IMG/VR virus record: IMGVR_UViG_3300028800_000092
Coordinates: 1,703-65,702 of that record
Length of the DNA stretch: 64,000 nucleotides
Origin: a virus
Taxonomy: Duplodnaviria > Caudoviricetes
Strand: one strand, 5' to 3'
The notes under the pieces were generated by a model. The model saw nothing but the letters and a program-made list of their open reading frames with translations. It did no database searches and was not told the origin of the DNA. This document shows, piece by piece, positions 18,536 to 29,800 of the stretch. Positions within the stretch are counted from its first letter, which is position 1. Every line of letters begins with the position of its first letter. A program made the position numbers and the translations under genes.

Positions 18536-20610
18536 TGGCCTGGTACGATACCCCAATTCGCCCGTACGACCCGGTCATTGAATACGACCGGGACACGGGG
18601 AGCATTCGATACTATAGGGACAACTTCTCCGGTAACGGGCAGAACTCGTTCGTCCAAGCCCCCGCGCAGCCACAGGACATCTTCGAAGCCCTCGTGAACT
18701 GTATGCCAATTATGCGGGGCACCCTAGACAAGCGCCGTGGGTACACGTACATTAATACATTGCCCGCCGCAGCTCAGCACAGCTTCGAGTACCAAAGCGA
18801 CTCGCTATTCGTGCGACGGCTGCTCTGGTCTCAGCAGGATGACGGAAGCGCCGGGGTGAACATAACCGCGACCAACGAAGACGGTTCTACGTTCATTTCA
18901 AATCTATTTGCCCTTGGGGCCTATAGTTCTATGCTATACACTCCTCCCCATTGCGTCTGTTCCCGCGACTACGAATACATTAACATTCCGGTTGCCCGCG
19001 GAAACACTAGCAACCCGAACGTGTGCTTGAAATGGAACGGCCACAGCTTCACGGATATCTCGAACTGGGGCATGGCGGCTCCGCCTGACGCAGCCGGAAT
19101 CACTAGTACCTCTAGCTCCGGAGCCATTACATTAATTTATGGCCGGAACTATTTTATTACATACAACAACAGTTTCACGGGGCACTACTCGGACCTGAGC
19201 CCGGTCTCGGCGAGCACGGGGCCATTGACCGCAAAGGAAGTGGTACTTGATTTGTCCGGGGATTCTACACCAGCCGACTCCCAGGTCACGGACTTGATTA
19301 TCCTTGCGACAGCGGACGGGGGCGACGAGACGTTACTGTACTTCGTTGCCTCCGTACCGAAGGGCACTACTACATATACCGACAATACCGACGAGCCTAC
19401 GTTACTCGCGAACCCTGTCTATCAAGAGACAGACTCCTTTGGGAACAATTTCGGTGTGGCGGACAATACCCCGCCCCCTCAATTAACGGGTAGCCTTACG
19501 GTTACCTACCCATTGGTTCATAATGGTCGTCTGTTCCTGGCCGGGAACCAAAGTATCTTCTTCAGTAAGGCGCTCGCGGACTTGACTACAAGTACCGGCG
19601 TCATCGCTGGAAAATGGGAAGAGTCCTGGCCCGCTTCGTATGTAATGACCGTGTCAAGCGAGGCCGAGTTCATTACGGGGCTCCTCTCTGACGGCGTGAG
19701 CCTGTACATCGGTACGAATCAGCATATACGCCGGGTGACAGGCGACGGTCCTACGGGTACCAACCCCTTCGTTCTCCCGCAGGTCATCTTCAATAACGTA
19801 GGCGTCGTGAACCAGGAAGTCTGGCAGAAGGTTTACCAACAGGGACAACCTGTAGGCTGTATGTGGCTGACGCCGAATCTACGTGTTATTGGTTCAGACT
19901 TCAGTACATATAGGGACCTGGGCACGCCCGTACAGGACATCTTAAACACCATCAATACCGCCGTGTTCACGGACGCTACCCCCGGCGTTTGCTTCGCTGG
20001 CTACTTCGGCGACGAGAGCTATGACATTTACTTGCTAGCGGTTCCGACCGGAGACAGTACCGTAGCCAATACGGTATTAATGTATGACCTTCGGAATAAC
20101 CAGTGGCACACCTGGTCCCTAGCGAACGGCGTCGAGGTCCCCACTACGTTCCTATACAACCTGGCCCAGAATGGAACTACGAACTGGTACTTTAACACGA
20201 GCGACCATAGCCTATACCGCTTTGACGAAACTACACAGTTCGACCGGAACTTGACCGCGAATCCTATTCCTGTCGCCGCTACCGTAGTCTCCGCCTGGAT
20301 GCACATGGGTATGCCCGTGGACCGCAAGTGGTTAAACGAAATAGAGGTCCTTAGCGCGGACCCGAACTTAAAGGTCACTGTAGACGGCGCTAGTACTACA
20401 GATGACTTTAACTTTCCCTTTCTATTGAAAGGGAACAGTCCATTAATTTTGAGTCCCTTCGGAACCTACAAGGTCTTCCTTGCGGTTACAGAAGCGCCCG
20501 CGAAATTCAGGTACTACCGTTTCACGTTCTTCTCCGAGACTGTTGACCTATTAAACACTAGCTTCCTCGGTGGCTACAATATTGAAGCCATACCGATTCA
20601 TAAACTCTAA
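18535..20610 (+). CDS. Tail nozzle / stabilisation protein (P22 gp10 or tubular B-like)
   Basis: NCMP..G.L.KR.G start, HNGRLFLAG, VLMYD....QW propeller-type motifs; size and position. Confidence 0.72.
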   Translation: MAWYDTPIRPYDPVIEYDRDTGSIRYYRDNFSGNGQNSFVQAPAQPQDIFEALVNCMPIMRGTLDKRRGYTYINTLPAAAQHSFEYQSDSLFVRRLLWSQQDDGSAGVNITATNEDGSTFISNLFALGAYSSMLYTPPHCVCSRDYEYINIPVARGNTSNPNVCLKWNGHSFTDISNWGMAAPPDAAGITSTSSSGAITLIYGRNYFITYNNSFTGHYSDLSPVSASTGPLTAKEVVLDLSGDSTPADSQVTDLIILATADGGDETLLYFVASVPKGTTTYTDNTDEPTLLANPVYQETDSFGNNFGVADNTPPPQLTGSLTVTYPLVHNGRLFLAGNQSIFFSKALADLTTSTGVIAGKWEESWPASYVMTVSSEAEFITGLLSDGVSLYIGTNQHIRRVTGDGPTGTNPFVLPQVIFNNVGVVNQEVWQKVYQQGQPVGCMWLTPNLRVIGSDFSTYRDLGTPVQDILNTINTAVFTDATPGVCFAGYFGDESYDIYLLAVPTGDSTVANTVLMYDLRNNQWHTWSLANGVEVPTTFLYNLAQNGTTNWYFNTSDHSLYRFDETTQFDRNLTANPIPVAATVVSAWMHMGMPVDRKWLNEIEVLSADPNLKVTVDGASTTDDFNFPFLLKGNSPLILSPFGTYKVFLAVTEAPAKFRYYRFTFFSETVDLLNTSFLGGYNIEAIPIHKL

Positions 20611-21140
20611 TGCCTCTTTCAATTCCAGCCGACGGTGACGCTAATGGAATGCTTAGTACGCTTCGGACCACGCTTGAGCGTTGGGCCCGAAGGTCTGAAG
20701 CACGTATTGGCTTGGCGGAAACCCGCAACAAGGGGCAGCAAACACAGCTTGAAGGTCTAATCAATCCCGTTCGACAACTGGGCGCTTCGGCAATAGCCTC
20801 GGGTGTTCAGAGTTACTGTAACGGAACGCCCGCAGATGCGGGGTTCTATACGCTCCCGTCCGGGCTCATAGTTCAATGGGGGTCCTACGTTTCCGGCGGT
20901 TCACAGACCGGTAACGGCGACGAGATACCTTTTCCTACCGCGTACCTACACGCCGTGCTCTCCATTCAAGTAACTGAATCCCACGCTGGAACCAATTGGC
21001 CCTTGGGGGCTCCGGCTATCCATGCTGCAAGTTTTAGCTCCACCCCGCTTACGTCTTGGTTACATTACTGCGATACTTGGGACGCCGGTACCTGGACGCC
21101 TGCGGGTAATTCATACTCCTGGATTTCCCTTGGATTCTAA
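20610..21140 (+). CDS. Short tail fibre/needle protein with gp53-like C-terminal domain
   Basis: N-terminal coiled coil; GFYTLPSGLIVQWG, FPTAY, WISLG. Confidence 0.72.
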   Translation: MPLSIPADGDANGMLSTLRTTLERWARRSEARIGLAETRNKGQQTQLEGLINPVRQLGASAIASGVQSYCNGTPADAGFYTLPSGLIVQWGSYVSGGSQTGNGDEIPFPTAYLHAVLSIQVTESHAGTNWPLGAPAIHAASFSSTPLTSWLHYCDTWDAGTWTPAGNSYSWISLGF

Positions 21141-21388
21141 TGATTATCAATGAACTACTAAATAGCCCCGTAAGCTACGGCCTTGTTGCCGGATTGATCT
21201 TGTATATTTACAAGCGCTTTCGCAGTGCCGACATACAAAGCGTTTTTATTCACGACGTGGCAACTAACCATTTGCCGCATATTCAAAGTGCACTGGAGCT
21301 TATCGCCAAAGCAATTGGTGTTGAGCTACCAGCTTCGCCGCCTATTCGGTTCATTTCAACGAAGGACTTCACAGATAAAGAGGGATAA
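21140..21388 (+). CDS. Small single-TM protein
   Basis: N-terminal TM; NHLPHIQ motif. Confidence 0.55.
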   Translation: MIINELLNSPVSYGLVAGLILYIYKRFRSADIQSVFIHDVATNHLPHIQSALELIAKAIGVELPASPPIRFISTKDFTDKEG

Positions 21389-21391
21389 GCA

Positions 21392-21751
21392 ATGCATACA
21401 ATTAGACTCGCTACAACGGAAGAAGTAGAAGCGCTCAAGGACCATTCGGATTTACAGTTCGCGCAGGCAGTGTATAGCTTCGGTTCAGGTAGGGCGACGT
21501 ATAGGTTAGCCCCGGAGGTAGACCCCGTAGACTACGGGTCCCTTAGCAACTCCGAGAAGCGGGCATTTATGACCCTACTTGAAGGCCACATGCGGCTCTC
21601 GGGGCTACAAGCATACTACTTTAACGTTCCAGCTAATGAAGAGTTCGCGCAGTATAGGAAAGTAGTTGAAACATGGGGGGCGCAGAAAGTTTCGTTGGAG
21701 CCGGAATTCCGGTACAAGAAGAGCCTTAATGTCAACCAAACAGCAGACTAA
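21392..21751 (+). CDS. Hypothetical protein, possibly degenerate GNAT fold
   Basis: IRLATTEE start; slot before ejection proteins. Confidence 0.5.
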   Translation: MHTIRLATTEEVEALKDHSDLQFAQAVYSFGSGRATYRLAPEVDPVDYGSLSNSEKRAFMTLLEGHMRLSGLQAYYFNVPANEEFAQYRKVVETWGAQKVSLEPEFRYKKSLNVNQTAD

Positions 21752-22397
21752 TAGCACTGAGAGTAATCAACTGCAGTTCAATCCCCAGTCTCTGGGGACC
21801 TATGGTTCCTTGCAAGGGAACATAGGCAATACGTTGAACCAGTTCATGCAGAACCCGCTTACGAGTTCGTTCTTTAATCAGCGCGTGGGGATGGGGAATA
21901 AGCAGATTTCCCAGATGCAGGCGGGGAATATGCAAAGTTTCCTGCAGAACTTTAAGAACCAGGGGTTCACCGGTGCAGCGCCTAGCGCGTTTCTACAGAG
22001 TAACTTGGCCAATATGGCCCGTGGCACCAGCGCTCTGAAGAGCAATAACTTCATGAGCCAGCTCTTTAATGCGAATCAGATGCAGCTCGGAGCGACAGGT
22101 CTGGCGCAGAGCTATCAGCCACTGTTCACGGGGAGTAATAGTCAAGGCCAGAGTACACAGATGACTAGCGGTACAGGTACTTGGCTGCCACAGTTGCTGG
22201 GGAGTCTTGGCGGGGCTGCGTTGGGCGGATTGACTGGGGGCCTGTTTGGCGGCGGCTCTAGTAGCGGTGGCTTTCAACCTAGTGATATAAATAGCCTCCC
22301 TACGAATCAATCTGGTATGGCCGGAACCGTACCTGGTATGTTCTCTTCCGTAGGCCCCAGCCCTACCATGAACCCCTTTATATTCGGACAAGGATAA
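21729..22397 (+). CDS. Ejection/DNA-pilot protein
   Basis: Q/N/S/G-rich, glycine-zipper LGSLGGAALGGLTGG. Confidence 0.65.
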   Translation: MSTKQQTNSTESNQLQFNPQSLGTYGSLQGNIGNTLNQFMQNPLTSSFFNQRVGMGNKQISQMQAGNMQSFLQNFKNQGFTGAAPSAFLQSNLANMARGTSALKSNNFMSQLFNANQMQLGATGLAQSYQPLFTGSNSQGQSTQMTSGTGTWLPQLLGSLGGAALGGLTGGLFGGGSSSGGFQPSDINSLPTNQSGMAGTVPGMFSSVGPSPTMNPFIFGQG

Positions 22398-22400
22398 CGT

Positions 22401-23828
22401 ATGGCCGGTGAAATGTACAATGCAGGTCTGGGCGGGTTGCCATTCGGTGGTATGTTAATGGACCCGCAACAGGCTATTCAGATACCGCAATCTCGACAGC
22501 TATCTGCACGGAGCCTACAGGGTATGCGCGAGTTCTCGCTCTCGCAGCGGCTGGCCCACCCCTTTGGCATGTTTCAAAGAGGGGGCGGAGTGCCTCGTGG
22601 AGCCTACGGTCGTGGCATGGGTCCGATGGACCTGTCCACTGGCGTGGACCCCAGCACCATGAACGTGCAGATGTTGAATAATCTGTTGGGGCAGTACGGC
22701 CAGAGCCTACCTGAGAACCCCCGACAGAACGCGTTTCTGCCTGACACGGGTTTCTTCGGGAACCATCCGCGGCTTGCGGGGGCCCTCGAAGGCGCGGTGT
22801 TCGGCGGAGCTAATACCGGCCCAGCGTCTACCGTTGGCGAGGGGATTAGCAACGCGCTACGTGGTATGCTTTCAGGTAATGCGGAACGTTCACGGGTTAT
22901 TAACCAACAGTTCACAGCCCCGTTCGCTATGGCTCAACAGGTACAGAACTTGCGGCGCGGGCTTCATGAAGATGAGGCTACAGTGCAGCGGGCACGGCTT
23001 GAAGGTGCACAGGCGGATTACTACGGCAATAAGGAAAGTATCGAACGGGACCGTATCACGTCGCAAGAGACCATCGCCGCTAATAAGGCGCAAGCTGCTG
23101 CTGCTGCTGCACAAGGCCGTTACTTCATGCAGCAGAGTAAGATGGACGACGGGCACGCTTCTGTCTTCCGTGAACTTGGCTATGACCCGTTCCCGACTGA
23201 TGCGAACGGTAGCATTACAAGTCCGCCCAAGGAACAGTGGGCCGCCGTCAACCAACTTATTCAGGACCGGAACGTAGGTAAGGCGAGCGCCGGAGCCAGA
23301 GTCTCGGCTGCCGCCGCGGGTGACCGCCAACAGGCTAACTTCGACCACTCCGACGAAGCGAAGGCCCTTGACGGTTCGTACCTAAAGGCCACTACTCCTC
23401 TCGATGAACGTATTTCGGCCCTAGAGTCCGCGGGTATGCCCCACTCTATCAAGGACGCCAAGGACCCCCGGAACTGGGATACATATAACACTAAAATATA
23501 CGGCGATGCCCGTGGCAAGTGGGAACAGCAGAACGGCGTCTCGAACCCGCAGCCTATGCCCGGACGGACTCCTAAACGTGGCTCTCCGCGTTCCTCGGCC
23601 CCTCCCAAAAAGGGCTCTGCCGCTGACGCGGTGAACAACTTTTTGAATAGTAACGCCCCTCAGCAAGCGGCTCCGGCTGGTTCTCCCACATCCCAAATGT
23701 ACATGCAACCGAACCAAATCCCGCAGCAAGCCATGCCGTTTGGCTTCGTTCCGGGTATGCTGGCGAACTTTATCGCCGCGGGAGGGAACGCTCCGTCGTT
23801 CATTTCCCCTAACATGACCAAGCCGTAA
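22401..23828 (+). CDS. Internal virion (ejection) protein
   Basis: G/A/Q-rich helical; position between pilot and giant protein. Confidence 0.6.
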   Translation: MAGEMYNAGLGGLPFGGMLMDPQQAIQIPQSRQLSARSLQGMREFSLSQRLAHPFGMFQRGGGVPRGAYGRGMGPMDLSTGVDPSTMNVQMLNNLLGQYGQSLPENPRQNAFLPDTGFFGNHPRLAGALEGAVFGGANTGPASTVGEGISNALRGMLSGNAERSRVINQQFTAPFAMAQQVQNLRRGLHEDEATVQRARLEGAQADYYGNKESIERDRITSQETIAANKAQAAAAAAQGRYFMQQSKMDDGHASVFRELGYDPFPTDANGSITSPPKEQWAAVNQLIQDRNVGKASAGARVSAAAAGDRQQANFDHSDEAKALDGSYLKATTPLDERISALESAGMPHSIKDAKDPRNWDTYNTKIYGDARGKWEQQNGVSNPQPMPGRTPKRGSPRSSAPPKKGSAADAVNNFLNSNAPQQAAPAGSPTSQMYMQPNQIPQQAMPFGFVPGMLANFIAAGGNAPSFISPNMTKP

Positions 23829-23837
23829 CGAGGTTCG

Positions 23838-26800
23838 ATGGCTATTACTCCGCCGCAGTTCCCGAATGATACGGACCCCAATGAGGTAATGAGCCTCTGG
23901 GACCAGATTTCCAAGCACCAGAAGTTTACCTCTCTGGGGCCGCAGGAGCAGTCTGCCTTCAGGCAGCAGTTCTTTCGACAGAACGTTCTAGGTAACAACG
24001 CGTTTAAGCAGTACGGCCGCGAGAAGCCCCAAGACATGGAGAATTTTTCGCGAGCCTTTTTTGCGCCCGAAACGCAAGCTATCGCCAAGATGGCAGGGCG
24101 CGCACAGGCTGTACAGGACCTGTACCCGCAGACGTTCGCAGAGCACTTTACGAAGTCGCCGATTCCTATGGCGCTAAATGCCGCGGGACTCCCGACCTCT
24201 ATGGATATCCCTGAAGAGCACTACATTGCCAGGGGTGTCGCGCACGTAGCGGAAAATTTATTGACGCCGGTTAACACGGCATTAGGTGCTGCCACTGCTG
24301 GAGCGGGCGGCGTTCTAGGCGAAGGCGGGACCCTATTCGGTCAGAGCGTAAAGGGTCTAGGCCTTAGCGCTCGCGCTGTTCGTGGTGTACAAGCTGCGGC
24401 TAGCACGGGCTTCGCGGCCCAGATGGGCGAAGGGACCATTGAGAGCGCGGAGCAAATCAAGGCACTACATAGACTCGCTAGTCAGGCGGAAGCCGCTGGC
24501 GACCATGAAGCTGCGGGGCATTATCGTAACCTTCGTAACCAAGCCATCGTAGAGGGCACGGCGAACCTGGGCATGTTCGCAGCCTCTGCGAAGCACGGGT
24601 ACACGGAGGGCAAGAGCGCGTATCTGGACAACCCGACGTTTGAGGAGGCTCAGAAGCTCCGGAACCTAGGGTACGCGGACCCGAACAACTTCTCCGTGAA
24701 TGACGCCGCTCGGGCTATCAAGGGACGCTTTGTGACCCCTTATGCCCCAGCTCCTGCGGAGTACCCTGAACCGACCAAGGCCCAGAAGGCTACGGACCAG
24801 CTAGGAACTCTGTCTCAGATCGAGACGGCCCTGAACCAGGTCACAGGCACCGGTACCATGAAGCGCGTTGAGCTGCGCAAGATGGAGAAGCTCCTAGGAC
24901 TAGATGAACTCAAGTACCATAACTTAACCGACGACCAGCAGCAGGCGCTCCAGAGCATCGAGCCCGGCGCTCGTACGGACTTGATGTTCAACATGTTCGT
25001 GCGCGACAGGATTGGTGAACGGCTCAAGGGGCTCCGCGACGAGGCCATTAAGCGTGCTACGCCTGAGACCCCGACGCCTAGCCCGGCTGGAACCATTCAC
25101 GCTACTCAGCTAGAAGATGTGGCCCAGACCGTAGGTAAGGGCGCTGCTGTAGACCTCCTGAAGAAGGCGGTCAAAGACCGTACGGACTTGGCTCCTGACC
25201 AGCAGGCGGAGCTGTACATTCGTGCGCTGGCTACGTATATCCTGACTCCCGAGGGCGAAGGCGCTAGCCCCCTCGACGCAGCTACTAAATTAATCAATGA
25301 AAAGTCACAGATCAACCCTCAAGATACCAAGACCGAAGCCGGTACTCCACCCGTCGGAGCGGCCACGGCGGCTCCCCAACAGCCTCTTGCACAGGGGCCG
25401 GAAAAAGTAAACACGCCTGTAACCACGGACCTGAATCCGGCGGATGAGCTCGCGGCCAAGAAGGCTATCTCGGACGCTATACGTGCGAACGCGTCCCTGA
25501 CTGGCCCCCAGCGTATGTCGCTGGCTAAGCAGTACATTAACCGGTACCGGGACCTGGTTCACTCTGGTCACGAGAACCCGCTCGGAGAAGTTATGCGCCA
25601 CCTGAACCCGAAAGAGTTCGGGATGCCGGCATTGAACTTCCGGTCTAAGGCCGAGGAGCTAGCGCGTAACGAACCGCGGATACCTGAGAAAGCGTCCGGG
25701 GACCAGATGCTGCGGAGCTTAGTGAATGCGGGCGTGAGCCCCGAGGAAATTAAATGGACCGGCCTCGATACCTTCCTACGTGAAAAGGGGAAGACTTCAA
25801 AGAGCGAGGTCGCGGAGTACCTAGCCAATAATCGAGTTACTATAGAGGAGATTAGCAAAAGCGAGACTAACGCTCAAACCCCGTTGGCACAAGAATACGC
25901 GCGACATAGGGAGCGAGCCGGAGCATTAGCAGCGCACTTATATACCGCTATAAACGACATAGACCAGCAAATTAACCACGAGGAGTACGGACCGGCACAC
26001 GCTGCTAAGTGGCGTTTGCGTATAGAAAACCATATGGAGTTCCGAGAGCCGGACTCTGACTTCGCGTCTCTCACAGAGCTTCCACGAAACGTTGCTCCGC
26101 GCTCGTTAACTTTGCATAAGTTATTGCTAGAAGTCGCTGATGCCCAAAAAGAACTAAAGGAACACGACGCTTGGATACAAGCCAATGCCGGCGATGTATT
26201 TACCGATTTGCCTACCTACGAACAATACACCCTCCCCGGCGGAAGTAACTATAGGGAAGTGTTGTTTCAGAGACCTATGTCCGAAGCTGCGGTGCGAGTG
26301 GACTCGGCCAATAGAGCTGGACGGCCCGGTGCGCCCGAAGACATTGACGAATGGAAGGGTGTCTACCGTGGCCCCCACTTCAACGAGCTCAACGTGCTTG
26401 CGCATGTACGCCTGAAGGACCGGGTTACCCCTGACGGGAAGAAGGTATTGTTTGTAGAGGAAGTGCAGAGTGATTGGCACCAACACGGGAAAGGTTCCGG
26501 ATATGCTGTACCCGGAGCTTTAGACGCCGCTACAGAAGAGCTTCACTCTAAACGGAACGAAATTGCAAAACATTGGAATGGCGCAAAACAATATATCTCT
26601 GAGCTTCCCGATTTACTTCGTACGGCTTTAGAGCGAATTACGGGCACGCAATTTAGGCCTGAGAGTGGCTTTGAGCCCGCTCGTACACGTACGGCTTTAG
26701 GACTATTAGAACACCCTTCAGAATTGCGCGCAACAGCTTACCATAAAAAGATAGGGAGTCTAGATCATATATCCGATACGGACATGGCCCATTTTGCGGA

Positions 26801-29800
26801 CGGTCTTCGTTCTTATGTAGAGCGCGCAAATGATGCAACTGATCTCGAACAAGAATTAGAAAGCAAATTTTATAGGTTACAAGGTGCTCCGCCTGACGCC
26901 CCCTTCAAGTCCAACTGGCACGAACTCGTAATGCGGCGGGTACTCCAAATGGCCACCGAAGGCGGGTACGATAAAGTTGCGTGGACTACAGGAGAGCAAC
27001 AGGCTGCACGTTACGGTGAACATATACAGGGCGAAGCCCATGGATTCCTATATGATACAGTAATCCCCCAGTACTTAAATAAGTTTGGGAAACGGTTTGG
27101 GGCACGCGTAGGCACTACCGATATTGAAACCCGACCCGGTGTAATGGCTCCCAAGCCTGAGGGCGGCTTTGCCTATGAAGGCAATGAAACCGCTAAGGTG
27201 CACTCCCTCGACATCACTCCCGAACTCCGTGCTGCCCCACAGGTCAAGCGCCCTTACACCTTCGGTATGCCCTCCCGCGAAACTCGCTTCGAGCAGCACC
27301 GGGAGATAAGCCAGGTCCTCGAACGTGCCGCCCAGAAGTCCGTCGAAACCTCCGGCATGGACCTTCACTACGAGGGCTCTATGGACGGCCTCACTTACTA
27401 TACAGACCCCGTCACTGGCTCTACGCTTGCCCAAGAGCACCGCGAGGCTGCGTCTGGCCCCGAGTCCGTTCGGGCGCATGTACTAGAGAGCCGCGCCAAG
27501 TTCGAACGCTACGCGGCCGCCAAGGCCAAGGGGGCGTCAGCGATGCCGGAACGTTGGATTGATCGCATCCCCGGCACCCTTCGCCCCATCCTAAAGCGTA
27601 TGCCGGGTCTCACGAACGCCCTGTTCGATATGACCCCGGACCGCGCCATTCGTATCCTCGCGGCGAACGTGAACCCGGCCCTCCGTGACGCTATGCTCGT
27701 TGCCAAGACGGACCTCTTCGCTGGCACCTATGACTCTATGCGCGAGCTCGGTCTCTATAAGCCTATGAACGAAACGAGCCGGGCGGCTATCAAGGTTCGC
27801 GCTCGTGGGAAACTAGAGCGCTGGCTACTGAACAATGAACTCACAATGGACCAAGTGGCTGCCCACGAGTTTGGGCACCGGCTATTTGATAAGTATGGCC
27901 CAACCCTACGTAGCGGATTGAACCTCTACAAGTTCTACCCCAAGGCCGTTGATGAAGTAGTTAAATTATACGGTGACCGTTGGGACGGGCTCACAGAGTA
28001 TGAACGCCAGCACGAACGGTTCGCGAACGCCTTCGCACATTACTATATGGGACTAGAGGGGGATTCCGCCGGTTTCGCCCGTGCTCTCAACAACTTACCG
28101 ACCTCTGTACGTGCAACAGCTATGGCCCTTGAAGGCCAGGGTTCTATGTTCGAGTCCCCGCACGGAGCCTACAGGCTCTCAGACCTTCAGTACCGTAGCG
28201 CTATCGGTATCCCCAACATGGGTATGCCGCCCCGGAACCCCATCGCCTCCCTCGGCCGGGCCCTGTCTGACGAAGAAGTCGCGAAGGTAACCGGCCGCAA
28301 GTACACCGGCGAGCTCCGTCGTGACAAGGTCGCCCTTGATTACCAGCTCCGCGGCTGGATTAAGAAGTTCTCCGGCTACGGTCTCAACGACTATCTGAAC
28401 TTCATGGATATAGCTGATGACCGAACGGGACAAACGTCCCTAGCGGCTATGGCCCCCGAAGACCGTAACATCGTCTCCCAGCTCCGAGACATGGTCAAGG
28501 AACGCCGGGATATCATTGAACAGCAGGGCTATGCAGACACTACGAACTGGGTCAATGAATACTGGCCACGCCTGTTCAAGGGCCAAACAGGTAACACCGC
28601 GCTCGCCCGTATCATGGGAACCCGAGCTCCCCTCGCTGGCTCCAAGCGCTTCATGAAAGCGACCTCGCATCCGACTGCCCGCGAAGCGGTTCTCAACGGT
28701 GCCGAGCCGATCACGTACAACCCCGTCGAGCACATGCTCGCTACGCTGTACGAGATGGACAAGTACATTAAAGCGAATGAATGGAAGCTGGAGCTCAAGG
28801 ACAAGGGAGTCACGGAGTGGTATAAAGGTTCCACCCCTGGCCGACACCAAGGCGTCCCCGCCGACTGGGTCCGAATCAATGACTCTATATTCAACCCGTG
28901 GCGCAAGACGGCGTCAGGGGAGCTCGCTCCCGCAGGCGCTTGGTACGCCCACAAGGACGCGGCCAAGATCATTAACAACTACCTGGCCCCCGGCCTCCGG
29001 GGCAACCGGGTCTTCGACGCCGTCCGGGAATACGGTAACACGTTGAATCAAGCCCAGTTAGCCTGGTCCGGATTCCACTTGGCGTTCGAGGCCATCAACA
29101 CTTCAATGAACGACCTAGCGCTTGGAATGGACAAGACGTTCCATTTATCCGGTGGCCAGACCCTCGATGGCCTCAAGCTCATGGGCCGGGCCTTTATACC
29201 TCTGGCCTCCTTTGCCCACCAGTACCGGCTCGGCGACCTCATCAAGTCCGAGTACCGTGACGCGGGCTCGAACCCGCACTTAACTAACTTAACGAACTGG
29301 CTCTCCGAAGCGGGCGGTGCTGTCGAGCAGGACCCCTTCTGGCGTCAGGACGGCATCAAGCAAATGAAGCGGGCTTGGAAGGACGCTAACTTCTCTACAG
29401 GCAAGGGCGTAGCTAGCTACGCGAGCCTGTTCCCCAAGGCCTTCAAGGCATTCAATGAAGGCTCCAGCTACCTAGTCATGGACCATATCGTCCCGCGCCT
29501 CAAGGCCGGTGCCTTCGCTGATCTCGCTAGCGCGAAGCTACGTGATCTAGATGCCCGTGGTATCACGGACCGGACCTACATTGCCCAAGAGATGGACAAG
29601 GTCTGGGACTCTATTGATAACCGCATGGGACAGCTTGTCTATGACAACCTGCACTGGAACCGGACCGTCAAGGACCTGGCGATGCTCTCTGTTCGTAGCG
29701 TCGGCTGGAACATCGGTACGTTCCGGGAGGCTGTGGGCACTACAGGTAACCCCGGCGCACTTCTTGACACGTTACAGTTCCTCCGCGGTAAGGGGGCCTT

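Noticed and set aside
10836-21140. Diversity-generating retroelement acting on fibre genes
   Set aside because: No reverse transcriptase and no TR/VR repeat pair noticed
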